From positions 96,001 through 160,000 of the forward strand of contig CAXXFL010000003.1 of NCBI GenBank assembly GCA_963674965.2: a stretch of 64,000 bases of DNA, written 5' to 3'. Positions 12,817-23,024 of the stretch are shown here, piece after piece. This DNA is from a bacterium. Lineage in GTDB: Bacteria; RBG-13-61-14; DATKZS01. The notes beneath the pieces were generated by a model that was given only the letters and a program-made list of their open reading frames with translations, had not been told where the DNA came from and searched no databases. Made by a program: the position numbers and the translations under genes. The stretch's first letter is position 1. Each line of letters begins with the position of its first letter.

Positions 12817-13809
12817 ATGCAAGCGCGAAAATGGTTTATTAAATATTCCTGGGCGACCAACCTGGTCCTGATCGCCGCGGTGGCGTATTTGTGGGCCCGG
12901 GCGATCAACGCCAGGGTTTATTCGATGGCGGCGCCGGCCAGGGCCGAGGCGGCCCTCGAGTTTTCGCCGCCGAAGGCGCATGGCGAGGAATACTCGCCCT
13001 CCGTCGGGTCCATAGTAAAGAGGGACCTTTTCCAGGCCGCGTCCGAGCAGGCGGAGGGCCAGGCGGGCGTCTCCGAGGGGGACACGGCCGAGATCAAGGC
13101 CACGAGCCTTCGCCTCAAGCTGACGGGCATCGTTTACTGGGGCGAAAAGGCCGAGGGAAATTTCGCCACCATCAACGACCTGAGCGAGCAGGCCGTGGGC
13201 CTTTATCGGGCCGGGGACGAGGTGACCGACGGGGCCAGGCTCGAGGAAGTGAAGATGGACCGGGTGCTCCTGGCCCGGGCCGGCGGGGATCTCGAGGAAC
13301 TACTCCTTGACGACCCGGAGGGAAAAGGGCCCCAGGTCAAGGGCTACAGGGCCGGGCTCGAGAGGCAGTCCCGGGAGGACCGGATCGAGAGGATCAGGAA
13401 AAGACGGGAAAGACAAGAGGAACGAGAGGAAAAGAACAGGGAGGGACTGGAGGACAAGATAGACCAGCTCAGCGAGACCGAGTTCGTAATCAGGAGGGAG
13501 GCCATGGAGAACGCCATGAAGGACGGCATGAACTCCCTCATGACCCAGGCGAGGGTCATACCCAACTTCGCCGGCTCGGGCGATGACAGGGCCGTCGACG
13601 GGTTCAGGATTTACGGCATCAAGCCCGACAGCGTCTATCAGTATCTTGGCCTTCTCAACGGAGACGTGATAAAGTCCATAAACGGCCAGACCATGGACGA
13701 CCTTGAAAAAGCATTGTCGCTCATGAGCGGCTTGAAAACGCAAACCAGTTTCACGGTGGAAATCGAGCGAAAAAGGCGGCCCCTGGAAATGCACTATGAA
13801 GTGGAATAG
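12817..13809 (+). CDS. gspC: Type II secretion system protein C
   Basis: N-terminal TM, HR domain (LKLTGIV...A.I...YRAGDEV), charged coiled coil, C-terminal PDZ-like domain (GFRIYGIKPDS...GLLNGDVIKSING); lies upstream of the secretin. Confidence 0.9.
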   Translation: MQARKWFIKYSWATNLVLIAAVAYLWARAINARVYSMAAPARAEAALEFSPPKAHGEEYSPSVGSIVKRDLFQAASEQAEGQAGVSEGDTAEIKATSLRLKLTGIVYWGEKAEGNFATINDLSEQAVGLYRAGDEVTDGARLEEVKMDRVLLARAGGDLEELLLDDPEGKGPQVKGYRAGLERQSREDRIERIRKRRERQEEREEKNREGLEDKIDQLSETEFVIRREAMENAMKDGMNSLMTQARVIPNFAGSGDDRAVDGFRIYGIKPDSVYQYLGLLNGDVIKSINGQTMDDLEKALSLMSGLKTQTSFTVEIERKRRPLEMHYEVE

Positions 13810-13842
13810 CTCGGCGCGGGCTCGATGCATGGGGAGTAAAAG

Positions 13843-16308
13843 GTGAGAAACAAGTTTTATCTGGCGGCGATACTTGCGCTGGCGACTTTCGTCGTCTCGG
13901 TCGCCGAGAAAAAGGCCGAGGCCCAGGTCCGTCCCGTCAGGGGCAGGGCCGCCGAGATGGCCAGGGAAAAGGAAGCCGACGAGGAAAAGTCCATCCGGGC
14001 GGAGGGCGACACCATCAAGATCGCCTTTCCCGAGATGCAGCTCGAGGACGTGCTCAAGAACTTCAGCGAGATCACGCAAAAGAGCTTCATCCTCGACCAA
14101 CTGCCCAAGGGCCAGGTCCAGACCATCGGTCCCATCGGGCCGGTCGAAATACCAAAGGACCAGGCATACAACCTCTTCGTCCTGATCATGGGACTTAACG
14201 GCTACGACGTGGTTTCCACCTCGATCCCCGGGGTGTACAAGGTGGTGAGGAAGGCCGAGATCATGACCAGCCTGCCCAAGGACAGGATATATCCGCCCGG
14301 CGCGAGGCCTGAGATTTCCGAGTCCATGGTCATGAGGTTCATACCCATCGAGCACGTCAACGCCCAGGACATAGTCAACCAGGTTTCCCAGCTCGCCTCC
14401 AAGGACGGAGGACAGGTGATAGCCTATCCCGCCACCAACAACCTGATCATCCTCGACACCGCGGCCAACATCGACCGCATGCTCAAGGTGATCAGACTCC
14501 TCGACGTTCCCTCCGAGGAACCCGAGGTCGAGATAGTACAACTCCGGCACGCGACGCCCCAGGAGGTCTCGGGAGTGTTGAGCCAGATTTTCCAGAGTTC
14601 CGACTCCGGCTCCCCCGCCAGGACCGCCACCACCAAGACGGCGCCAACCACGAGAAGGTCGAGAAGAGATCGGGACCCCGCGCCGGCCCAGGCCGCCACC
14701 TCGGTGGTGAACACCACCAGCGCCGGAGGTGACGTGAAAATTATTCCCGTCGAGCGCACCAACAGCCTCGTCATCATCGGGAACCGCGACGTGATCGAGT
14801 CGGTCAAGGAGTTCATCGCCAAGCTCGACGTGGACGTGGGGACCACCGGCACCATCCACGTTTATTACCTTCAGAACGCCGAGGCCTCCGAGCTTTCCAG
14901 CACCCTGCAGGGACTGGCGGGGGGAAGCCGGAGGACCACGACCGCCGCGACCTCCTCCACCCGGTCCACCCGGTCGATGAGGGCGGACGGCGAATCCGAG
15001 GCCGCCCAGGCCCTTGCCTCGAGAAGGACTTCATCGAGCAGGACAACGCCCACGTCCTCCGGCTCGAGCGGCGGCACCATCTCGGGCATACTGTCCAGCG
15101 ACATCACCATCACCTCGGACGAGCCGACCAACGCCCTCATCATCGTGGCCACGCCGCAGGACTATGAAATCCTCAAAAGGGTGATCGAGAAGCTCGACGT
15201 GCCCAGGCGCCAGGTGTTCGTCGAGGCCGTGCTGCTCGAGGTGACCTATAACGAAAGCAACGCCGGAGGCGTTTCCATGCACGGCGGGTCGCCCGTGGGA
15301 GGCGAGAGCTTCATGATCGCCGGCACCGGCTTTTCCGACGTCAGCTCCCTTTCCGTTCTCGGGCAACTCAGCAGCTCGGGCGGAAGCGTGGCCCTGCCCA
15401 GCGGGATCACCATGGGGGCCCTGGCCTCCCCCGTCGAGATACCGGGCTACGACGGCGTCTACGTGCCCTCCGCCGGCGTGGTGGTAAGGGCCCTGTCCAC
15501 CAACTCGAACGTCAACGTGCTCTCGACTCCCACCCTTCTCACCACCGACAACGAGGAGGCCACCATCGAGGTGGGACAGAAAATTCCCGTGCCCACGGGC
15601 CAGACCGTTTCCACCGGCGGCTTCTCCAACGTCAGCATCAGCCGGGAGTCGGTGGGCATCAAGCTTCGGCTCACGCCCCAGATCAACGACGGCGACAACA
15701 TCGCCATGGAGATATCCACCGAGATTTCGGGGGCCGTGCAGTCGGGCCTGGGCATCGACGTCAACACCCTGGGCGTGACCACCTCGATCAAGAGCGCCGA
15801 GACCAAGGTCATCGTCAAGGACTCCCAGACCATCGTCATCGGCGGCCTGATGGAGGACAGGGAGGACGAGAGCGAGAGCAGGGTGCCCTTTTTGGGCGAC
15901 ATACCCGTGCTCGGATGGCTGTTCAAGTCGGCCTCCCAGAGCAAGTCCAAGACCAACCTCATCATACTCGTCACTCCTCATATAGTGAGGAGCGAAAGCG
16001 ACGCCATGAGGGTCAAGGACCACATCGAGGAAGGATACAAGGGCATCGTCGAGGACGAGCTGGGAGACGACGAGAGGGACTGGGACAAGTACTTCCGCTC
16101 CCAGATGATACCCGACGCGAAAGTCGAGGTACTCGAGCCGGCCCCCTCTCCCGCGCCGGCGCCGAGAAACGAGGGCTCTTCCCTGGACTGGAACTGGACC
16201 CCCGCGGACGTCGAGACCGAGGACGACTCCCAGGTCATGCGCTACAGGAGCCAGCCGTCTCGCTCGGCCACCACCAGGGAGACGGACGAGTCGGCCAAGC
16301 CGGAGTGA
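13843..16308 (+). CDS. gspD: Type II secretion system secretin D
   Basis: Signal peptide, N-domains with TNNLII/TNSLVI/TNALII repeats, LDVPRRQVFVEA, VPFLGDIPVLGWLFK, TNLIILVTPHIV. Confidence 0.97.
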   Translation: MRNKFYLAAILALATFVVSVAEKKAEAQVRPVRGRAAEMAREKEADEEKSIRAEGDTIKIAFPEMQLEDVLKNFSEITQKSFILDQLPKGQVQTIGPIGPVEIPKDQAYNLFVLIMGLNGYDVVSTSIPGVYKVVRKAEIMTSLPKDRIYPPGARPEISESMVMRFIPIEHVNAQDIVNQVSQLASKDGGQVIAYPATNNLIILDTAANIDRMLKVIRLLDVPSEEPEVEIVQLRHATPQEVSGVLSQIFQSSDSGSPARTATTKTAPTTRRSRRDRDPAPAQAATSVVNTTSAGGDVKIIPVERTNSLVIIGNRDVIESVKEFIAKLDVDVGTTGTIHVYYLQNAEASELSSTLQGLAGGSRRTTTAATSSTRSTRSMRADGESEAAQALASRRTSSSRTTPTSSGSSGGTISGILSSDITITSDEPTNALIIVATPQDYEILKRVIEKLDVPRRQVFVEAVLLEVTYNESNAGGVSMHGGSPVGGESFMIAGTGFSDVSSLSVLGQLSSSGGSVALPSGITMGALASPVEIPGYDGVYVPSAGVVVRALSTNSNVNVLSTPTLLTTDNEEATIEVGQKIPVPTGQTVSTGGFSNVSISRESVGIKLRLTPQINDGDNIAMEISTEISGAVQSGLGIDVNTLGVTTSIKSAETKVIVKDSQTIVIGGLMEDREDESESRVPFLGDIPVLGWLFKSASQSKSKTNLIILVTPHIVRSESDAMRVKDHIEEGYKGIVEDELGDDERDWDKYFRSQMIPDAKVEVLEPAPSPAPAPRNEGSSLDWNWTPADVETEDDSQVMRYRSQPSRSATTRETDESAKPE

Positions 16309-16312
16309 GCTC

Positions 16313-18013
16313 ATGACCGAGAGCGCCTATCTGGGAGAATTACTGGTCAAGGAGGGCCTGGTCGACGAGACCCAGCTCGAGAAGGCCCTGGCCCACCAGC
16401 GGGACGAGGGCGGCAAGATCGGCGAGATACTGATCGAGCAGGGGGCCATTACCGCCGACGACCTCTATCCCGTGCTTTCCAGGCAGCTCGGGGTCAGGTA
16501 TGAAAGGGAACTTTCCGGGCGCGAGCTCGAGGCCGAGCTGGTAAGGGGCATACCCATCCAGTTCGCCAAGACCCACGGGATAGTGCCGGTCAAGCGCGTC
16601 AACGGCCTGGTCGAGGTCGCGACCTCGGACCCCCTCAACTTCTTCGCCATCGAGGACGTCAAGAACATACTCCGCTCCGAGATCGAGACGATACTCACGC
16701 CGCCCCAGGCGGTGATCGAGTTCATCAACCGGCTCTACGACCGGGCCTCGGTGAGCGCGGAGGGGGTGATGGGGGACCTGGCCAACAACGACCTGAGCCT
16801 CATCGCCCAGGAGCTCGAGGAACCCGAGGACCTGCTCGACGCGGACGACGAGGCGCCCATCATCAGGCTGGTCAACTCCCTTCTCTTCCAGAGCGTCAAG
16901 GAAAGGGCCTCGGACATCCACATCGAGCCGCGCGAGAAGGACCTGGTGGTGCGCTTTCGGATCGACGGGGTGCTCTACGAGATACTCAGGCCCCCGCGCC
17001 ACTTCCAGAACTCGATCACCTCCCGCGTCAAGATCATGGGCGGTCTCAACATAGCCGAGAAGCGGCTTCCCCAGGACGGCCGCATCAGGATCAAGGTGGC
17101 GGGCAAGGACGTGGACATAAGGCTGTCCACCGTTCCCACCTCCCACGGCGAGCGCATCGTCATGAGGCTCCTGGACAGGGCCACCGTGCTCCTGTCCGTG
17201 GACCAGCTCGGGTTCGACTCGAGCCAGCGGACCGTGTTCAACGACCTTATTCACCGCACCCACGGGATCATCCTGGTCACCGGGCCCACCGGCTCGGGCA
17301 AGACCACGACGCTTTACGCGGCCCTCAACCAGATCAACCAGCCCGACAAGAACATCATCACCATCGAGGACCCGGTCGAGTACCAGCTCGAGGGCATCAG
17401 CCAGATTCAGGTCAACTCGAAGATCAACCTGACCTTCGCCAACGGGCTTCGGTCCATCGTGCGCCAGGACCCCGACGTGGTGCTGGTGGGCGAGATACGA
17501 GACACCGAGACCGCCGAGATCGCCATCCAGGCGTCCCTTACCGGACACCTCGTGTTCAGCACCCTGCACACCAACGACGCGCCCAGCGCCGTCACCAGGC
17601 TGGTGGACATGGGCATCGAGCCCTTCCTTATCTCCAGCTCCCTCATGGCCTCACTGGCCCAGAGGCTGGTAAGGGTACTGTGCGCCCAGTGCAAGGCGCC
17701 CGATCAGCCCGACCTTGCCACCCTCGAGATCATCGACATGCTCGATAAAAAGGAGGCCAACTTCTATAAGCCCGAGGGATGCCCCGTTTGCCTCCAGACC
17801 GGCTACGTGGGCCGGAGCGCCGTGTACGAGCTGATGCTGGTGGACGACCGCATCCGGGAGCTGATCAACCGGAACGCCGACAGCAACGCCATCAAGAAGG
17901 CGGCCCGCGAGGGCGGGATGCTCACGCTCAGGGAGGACGCCGCCCGAAAGGCCCTGTCCGGCCTGACCTCCCTCTCCGAGGTGGTCAGGGTCACCCAGGA
18001 GGACATACTGTGA
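16313..18013 (+). CDS. gspE: Type II secretion system ATPase E
   Basis: RASDIHIEP, Walker A GPTGSGKTT, TIEDPVEY, RQDPDVVLVGEIRD, LSTLHTND-like His box, CxxC...CxxC. Confidence 0.97.
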   Translation: MTESAYLGELLVKEGLVDETQLEKALAHQRDEGGKIGEILIEQGAITADDLYPVLSRQLGVRYERELSGRELEAELVRGIPIQFAKTHGIVPVKRVNGLVEVATSDPLNFFAIEDVKNILRSEIETILTPPQAVIEFINRLYDRASVSAEGVMGDLANNDLSLIAQELEEPEDLLDADDEAPIIRLVNSLLFQSVKERASDIHIEPREKDLVVRFRIDGVLYEILRPPRHFQNSITSRVKIMGGLNIAEKRLPQDGRIRIKVAGKDVDIRLSTVPTSHGERIVMRLLDRATVLLSVDQLGFDSSQRTVFNDLIHRTHGIILVTGPTGSGKTTTLYAALNQINQPDKNIITIEDPVEYQLEGISQIQVNSKINLTFANGLRSIVRQDPDVVLVGEIRDTETAEIAIQASLTGHLVFSTLHTNDAPSAVTRLVDMGIEPFLISSSLMASLAQRLVRVLCAQCKAPDQPDLATLEIIDMLDKKEANFYKPEGCPVCLQTGYVGRSAVYELMLVDDRIRELINRNADSNAIKKAAREGGMLTLREDAARKALSGLTSLSEVVRVTQEDIL

Positions 18014-18061
18014 CCGGGCGGCGGCTAACCCTCTAAGCGCCCTTAACGGAAAAGGAAGACC

Positions 18062-19291
18062 ATGCCCGTATACGCCTACAAGGGAGTAAACGCCAGGGAG
18101 AAAAAGGTCAGCGGCATCGTCGACGCGGACAGCGCCAAGGCCGCCCGCCAGAAGCTCCGCAAGATGCAGGTATATCCGCTCGAGCTGACCGAGACGGTGG
18201 AAAAACAAAAGCCGTCCTCCCGTATCGGCCAGGCCCTGTCCCTCTCGGGAGGCGTGTCCTCCAAGGACCTGGCCGCCACCACCCGCCAGCTGGCAACCCT
18301 GGTGGGGGCACAGCTTCCCCTGGTCCAGTGCCTCGGCGCCCTGGTCGACCAGGTCGAGGACCCCAAGTTCAAAAACGTTCTGGCCGAGACCCGCGAGGCC
18401 GTCAACGAGGGAGCGTCCCTCGCCGACGCCATGGGCGCCTACCCCAAGATTTTCTCCGACCTGTACGTGAACATGATACGGTCGGGAGAACAGTCGGGCG
18501 CCCTCGACGTGGTGCTCCAGAGGCTGGCCGACTTCACCGAGGCCCAGGCCGACCTGAAGAACAAGGTCCTGTTCGCCATGATTTATCCCACGGTGGTTAT
18601 GGGCATCATGGCGATAGTCGTGGCGGTCATGTTCAAATTCGTTATCCCGAAAATTACCATTATCTTCGAGCAGACCAAACAGACCCTGCCCATTATTACC
18701 CGCGTTGTAATAGGGTTGTCGGATTTCCTTAAAGGGCCCGGAGGTCTTTTGGTCCTCGTCGTTTTAATCGGCTCCTTTTTTGGAATGCGCTATTACGTAA
18801 GGACCCCCTCGGGCAGGGAGTGGTGGCATAACTTCCTTTTGAAGCTGCCGGTTATTGGAAAGATAACCAGGAACATCGCCATAAGCCGCTTCTGCAAGAC
18901 CCTCTCGACCCTGCTTCTGTCCGGAGTACCTCTGCTTCGGGCCATGGAGATAGTCGAGAAAGTGGTGAGCAACGAGGTGCTGGCTCAGGCCATCCACACG
19001 GCCAGGGAAAACATCACGGAGGGCGCGTCCATCGCCGACCCCTTAAAGGCCAGCGGAGTATTCCCGCCCTTCGTGATCCAGATGATCGCCTCGGGGGAGC
19101 AGTCGGGCGAACTCGAGTTTATGCTCGAGAAGGTGTCCGAGGCCTTCGACCGTGAGGTCGAGTACGCCGTGGACGGGCTGACCAAAATCATCGAGCCGGT
19201 GATGATCCTGTTCCTGGCCGGCATGGTCGTGATCGTGATAGTCTCGTTTCTGTTGCCCATCCTGGACCTCACTTCGGGATTGGGATTCTGA
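18062..19291 (+). CDS. gspF: Type II secretion system inner-membrane platform protein F
   Basis: MPVYAYKG start, RQLATLVGA, GEQSGALDVVLQRLADF, duplicated T2SSF domains, 3 TMs. Confidence 0.96.
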   Translation: MPVYAYKGVNAREKKVSGIVDADSAKAARQKLRKMQVYPLELTETVEKQKPSSRIGQALSLSGGVSSKDLAATTRQLATLVGAQLPLVQCLGALVDQVEDPKFKNVLAETREAVNEGASLADAMGAYPKIFSDLYVNMIRSGEQSGALDVVLQRLADFTEAQADLKNKVLFAMIYPTVVMGIMAIVVAVMFKFVIPKITIIFEQTKQTLPIITRVVIGLSDFLKGPGGLLVLVVLIGSFFGMRYYVRTPSGREWWHNFLLKLPVIGKITRNIAISRFCKTLSTLLLSGVPLLRAMEIVEKVVSNEVLAQAIHTARENITEGASIADPLKASGVFPPFVIQMIASGEQSGELEFMLEKVSEAFDREVEYAVDGLTKIIEPVMILFLAGMVVIVIVSFLLPILDLTSGLGF

Positions 19292-19329
19292 TAGTCAAAG
19301 CATGGTCGGCGATAATTCCCGTTGCCCCT

Positions 19330-19358
19330 TTGATTGGGCTCGTTCAAGCCTGTAGAAT
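19330..19358 (+). promoter_or_regulatory. Putative internal sigma70 promoter upstream of gspG
   Basis: TTGATT, 17 bp, TAGAAT in the gspF-gspG gap; strong RBS AAGGAGG before gspG. Confidence 0.5.
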
Positions 19359-19466
19359 CTTAATGGGGGCAAAAGCGTCCGCGGCGGCTTGGGGACGCCG
19401 GAACACAAATGGACGATAAGCATCTAAATAATATATCCGTCATTAAGTCCCATAAGGAGGGTGAAA

Positions 19467-19982
19467 ATGGAAAGCTTGGACACGGTCACCCCTGAGATTA
19501 TCGAAGACAGGGAAGAAGCAATAAACGGAGAACGCCAAAAGGAAAGAAAAGACAAGGATCAAAGCGGTTTTACTCTTATCGAGATCATGGTGGTGGTTAT
19601 GATCATTGGCCTTTTGGCCGGGCTGGTCGGGGCCAGGATATGGCAATACATTGGACCGGCCAAACAAAACGCCGCCAAGGCCCAAATAATGAATTTTAAA
19701 ACCAGTCTTGATAAGTATTACATGGACAATGGAAGGTATCCAACCACGGAGCAAGGACTTCAGGCGCTGGTGGAGAAACCAGCCGGTTTTCCCGAGCCGA
19801 AAAACTATGACCCCGACGGATACTTGGATTCAATTCCTCTCGACCCATGGGGATACGAGTATGTGTATTTCAGTCCCGGCGTGCAGGGTGGGAAATACTC
19901 CCTCGAGAGCTATGGCGCCGACGGAGTCGACGGCGGAGAAGGAGAGGACGCGGATATCGAAAGCTGGAACATGAGCAATTGA
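19467..19982 (+). CDS. gspG: Type II secretion system major pseudopilin G
   Basis: Prepilin cleavage site G|FTLIEIMVV, YYMDNGRYPTTEQGLQAL, DPWG, SYGADG. Confidence 0.96.
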   Translation: MESLDTVTPEIIEDREEAINGERQKERKDKDQSGFTLIEIMVVVMIIGLLAGLVGARIWQYIGPAKQNAAKAQIMNFKTSLDKYYMDNGRYPTTEQGLQALVEKPAGFPEPKNYDPDGYLDSIPLDPWGYEYVYFSPGVQGGKYSLESYGADGVDGGEGEDADIESWNMSN

Positions 19983-20603
19983 TTGCCTCGTTTCTCCCCG
20001 TTTAAAAAGGGAAATAAAATCTTTCCAACGCCAAAACCGCCTTTATTAGATAATTCAGCGCCGCGGCCCGGCGCGAAGGGCGGCTTTACCCTTATCGAGA
20101 TCATGGTCGTGCTGCTGATCATCGGGATCGTGGCCGGGATGGTGGCCATGCAGGTGACGACCACGGACGGGGTATACCTTCGGTCCACCGCCCGGAACCT
20201 GGTGGGCACGGTGCGCCTGACCTACAGCGTGGCCGCCCTTAACCGTAGGCCCTACCGCCTGGCCTTCGACCTGGAGAACCAACTTGTCTGGCTCGAGACC
20301 AAACAAGGCAAGGATTACGTCAAGGTCGATGAGGAGGGCCTGGGCGAGCGGGTCATCCCGGACCCGGTCTATATCAAGCGGATCGAGGTAATGGACCGGG
20401 TTTGCGAGGACTACTGCGTCGAGTATATATATTTCACTCCGGGCGGCTACGTGGAGGAGGCGTCCATATACCTGGCCGTTGGCCCCGAGGAGGAGGCAAG
20501 GACCATCACCATATTCACCCGGTCCATGACCGGCCGGGCCGTCATAGTGATGGAGGAGATATCCCGTGAGGACTGGGAAAATGAAGAGAAAGCCGCCCGC
20601 TGA
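19983..20603 (+). CDS. gspH: Minor pseudopilin H-like
   Basis: G|FTLIEIMVVLLII and a YFTPGG motif. TTG start directly after the gspG stop (start uncertain). Confidence 0.8.
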   Translation: MPRFSPFKKGNKIFPTPKPPLLDNSAPRPGAKGGFTLIEIMVVLLIIGIVAGMVAMQVTTTDGVYLRSTARNLVGTVRLTYSVAALNRRPYRLAFDLENQLVWLETKQGKDYVKVDEEGLGERVIPDPVYIKRIEVMDRVCEDYCVEYIYFTPGGYVEEASIYLAVGPEEEARTITIFTRSMTGRAVIVMEEISREDWENEEKAAR

Positions 20604-20991
20604 ATTCGGCTTCACTCTCGTCGAGGTCGTGATCGCCATCGCGATCCTGGCCCTCGTTCTCGTTCCGCTTCTGGGCAGCGTCTCCCACGGTCTCAAAACG
20701 GTAAGGATGGCCAAGACCAGGTCGGTGGCCTTCCGGCTGGCCCAGGACAAGATGGCCGAGATCGAGATGCTTCCCGTGCCGGACGCGGAGGGGACCGAGA
20801 GCGGCGACTTTGGCGACGAGTATCCCGACTACAGGTGGGAGATCGAGGCGATCAAGAGTCCGGAGCTGCAGGAGATGGAGACTTACCTTCCCAGCCTCGT
20901 GGCCATGGAGGTCCACCTTTCCGTGTTCTGGCAAGAGGGGGAGGCGGAAAAAAGCATCCGCCTCAGCACCCTCCTGATGGGTACGCAATGA
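20581..20991 (+). CDS. gspI: Minor pseudopilin I-like
   Basis: G|FTLVEVVIAIAILA, LAQDKMAEIE, YRWEIE; position in the cluster. Confidence 0.85.
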   Translation: MKRKPPAEFGFTLVEVVIAIAILALVLVPLLGSVSHGLKTVRMAKTRSVAFRLAQDKMAEIEMLPVPDAEGTESGDFGDEYPDYRWEIEAIKSPELQEMETYLPSLVAMEVHLSVFWQEGEAEKSIRLSTLLMGTQ

Positions 20992-21722
20992 AGTCCGATT
21001 TTCATATGGCGGGCGGGAGCGGCGGGTCTTCGGGTTTCACCCTCATCGAGGTCCTGGTGGCGGTGGCCCTGACCAGCCTGTGCGTGGCCTTGGTGGCCAT
21101 AAGCTTCGGCGCGACCTTCCGGGCGCATCAGAGGGCGCGCGAGTACATGGACCTCCTCCAGGTGCAGACCGAGAGCCTCGAGCGTCTCCGGACCCTGCTC
21201 CAGTCGGCGTATCTGTCCCACCACGCCATGAACCAGATTTACACTCCCTTCGAGACCATGGACATGGACAACCTGTCCAGTCCCTACGACGCCGTCACCT
21301 TTACGACCCTGGCCTATACGACCTATAAGATCGACGCCAAGGAGGCGGACATGGCGGAGATGACCATCTTCGCGGAGGACGAGCCGCCGCTCGAGGCCGA
21401 TGGGGAAAGGCTCGAGCTGAAGCGTCTGCGGGTCAGGGTCGGAGGGGAGATCAACGACCGCTTCGAGGTGGAGGGCGGCTTGGTGTACACTTTGGCCGAC
21501 CACGTGACCGAGTTCTATCTCGAGTACTTAAACGAGTTCGGGGAATGGAAGCCCGAGTGGGTGCCCATCGACCACGACCCCTACAGCCTTCCCTGCGCCG
21601 TCCGGGTCACCCTCGGGCTTCGGGGAGACGAACTGGGGGAGGAAAAAGCCTCCATCATCGTGCCCTTCGAGATGACCAAGCTAACCTGCCGGTTCGAGGA
21701 CGAGAGGCCCTTCGAGCAATGA
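20988..21722 (+). CDS. gspJ: Minor pseudopilin J-like
   Basis: ATGA overlap with gspI, G|FTLIEVLVAVAL, LPCAVRVTL. Confidence 0.85.
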   Translation: MKSDFHMAGGSGGSSGFTLIEVLVAVALTSLCVALVAISFGATFRAHQRAREYMDLLQVQTESLERLRTLLQSAYLSHHAMNQIYTPFETMDMDNLSSPYDAVTFTTLAYTTYKIDAKEADMAEMTIFAEDEPPLEADGERLELKRLRVRVGGEINDRFEVEGGLVYTLADHVTEFYLEYLNEFGEWKPEWVPIDHDPYSLPCAVRVTLGLRGDELGEEKASIIVPFEMTKLTCRFEDERPFEQ

Positions 21723-23008
21723 GACCCTCGCGCCCGACCCAGGCCGGCCAACCCCGGGGACCCCAAGGGGTAGCCCTTATAATCGTGCTCCTCATGCTCA
21801 CCATCCTGAGCGTTCTTACCGTCGAGTTCCTCTCCGAGGTCAGGATACAAACCATCGTCGTCCATAACCACGAGTCCAGGATCAAGGCCAGGTACGTGGC
21901 CAGGGCGGGAAAGAACGCGGGGGAGGGACTTATCAAAATCACCAACCCCGAGAACGAGATGTTCAACAACGCCATGATCCAGCTCTTCCGCTACAAGTGC
22001 TACTCTTCGCCGCTCTCCACCGGGCTTGGCCTTACCACCGAGCCGGAAAGGGAGAAGCCGGAGACGGAGCCGGACGCGGCCGAGCCCGAGACCGATGAAA
22101 CGCCCGATACCATGGACGGATGCGGGGCCTGGAGCCTGGGCATCCCCTACGCCCTCGAGGACACCTGGGTGGACCTGGAAATTTCCGACGAGCAGGCGAA
22201 GATAAACGTGAACGCCCTGGCCCAGGTCTCGACCGAAAACGAGGAGGGCGAGGCGGTGATGACCCGGAACATGCTCGTCCATTACATGCTCTACGAGCTT
22301 TTCGTCTACGAGATAGTCAAGCACGAGATAGACATGAGCGACTTCGAGGTGGCCAGGATGCTCGATCAGCTCTGGGACTATATGGACCACGGCATGGTGG
22401 ACCAGGGATTCGACAGCGACGGCCTTAACTACTTCGAGTACGAGGACCGGATAATCCCCATGAAGAACGGGTACCTGGACACCATCGAGGAACTAAGGTA
22501 CCTGCCGGACATGAACGACGAGCTCTTCGACGCGGTCAAGGACTTCCTGACGGTGTATCCCATGGCCGCGAACAACAGGTTCGAGTACAAGATCAACGTG
22601 AACGCGGCCCCCGTCGAGGTCCTCTACGCGGTGATCCGGGTGGGCAGCTACGACCTTTTAGCCGGGGAGCCGACCATAGCGCCCGAGACGGCCCTCCAGT
22701 ACGCCACGCAAATGGTGCAGACGGCCCATGAGGGACAGACCCAATCGGCGGGATCGGCCACTGGACTGGAGGCCGCCCTGGCCGCCGGGACCGATATAAG
22801 CGTTCCCATCTACAAGCGGGAATGGCCCGCCGAGCTCAGCTCGACGCCCAACCTCAACAACCTGAAGCTTTCCCAGCTTTCCTATCCCAGGTTCTTCACC
22901 ATCACCTCGTCGGCCGAGATGGAGGACGGAATCTCGACCACGATCCTCGAGGTGGTGAAGATCGATACCAGCAAAAAAATCGAAACCCTCTATTACAAGG
23001 AACTGTAG
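21719..23008 (+). CDS. gspK: Minor pseudopilin K
   Basis: ATGA overlap with gspJ, G|VALIIVL (no E5, typical of GspK), DEQAKINVN, TIEELRYL, INVNAAPVEVL. Confidence 0.9.
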   Translation: MRPSRPTQAGQPRGPQGVALIIVLLMLTILSVLTVEFLSEVRIQTIVVHNHESRIKARYVARAGKNAGEGLIKITNPENEMFNNAMIQLFRYKCYSSPLSTGLGLTTEPEREKPETEPDAAEPETDETPDTMDGCGAWSLGIPYALEDTWVDLEISDEQAKINVNALAQVSTENEEGEAVMTRNMLVHYMLYELFVYEIVKHEIDMSDFEVARMLDQLWDYMDHGMVDQGFDSDGLNYFEYEDRIIPMKNGYLDTIEELRYLPDMNDELFDAVKDFLTVYPMAANNRFEYKINVNAAPVEVLYAVIRVGSYDLLAGEPTIAPETALQYATQMVQTAHEGQTQSAGSATGLEAALAAGTDISVPIYKREWPAELSSTPNLNNLKLSQLSYPRFFTITSSAEMEDGISTTILEVVKIDTSKKIETLYYKEL

Positions 23009-23024
23009 GCCGGCCCGGCGGAGT

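Noticed and set aside
14590..15080. Ser/Thr/Arg-rich low-complexity inserts in GspD
   Set aside because: Disordered loops in secretin N-domains are common; no DNA repeat.
13300..17569. Long minus-strand ORFs (519, 427 and 409 aa) over gspC/D/E
   Set aside because: Antisense shadows of well-supported genes.
19365..19410. GGCAAA...GGGACGC in the gspG leader resembling a c-di-GMP-I riboswitch
   Set aside because: No GNRA tetraloop/receptor and no GCAAAG or second stem that I could identify. An Rfam/Infernal scan would settle it.
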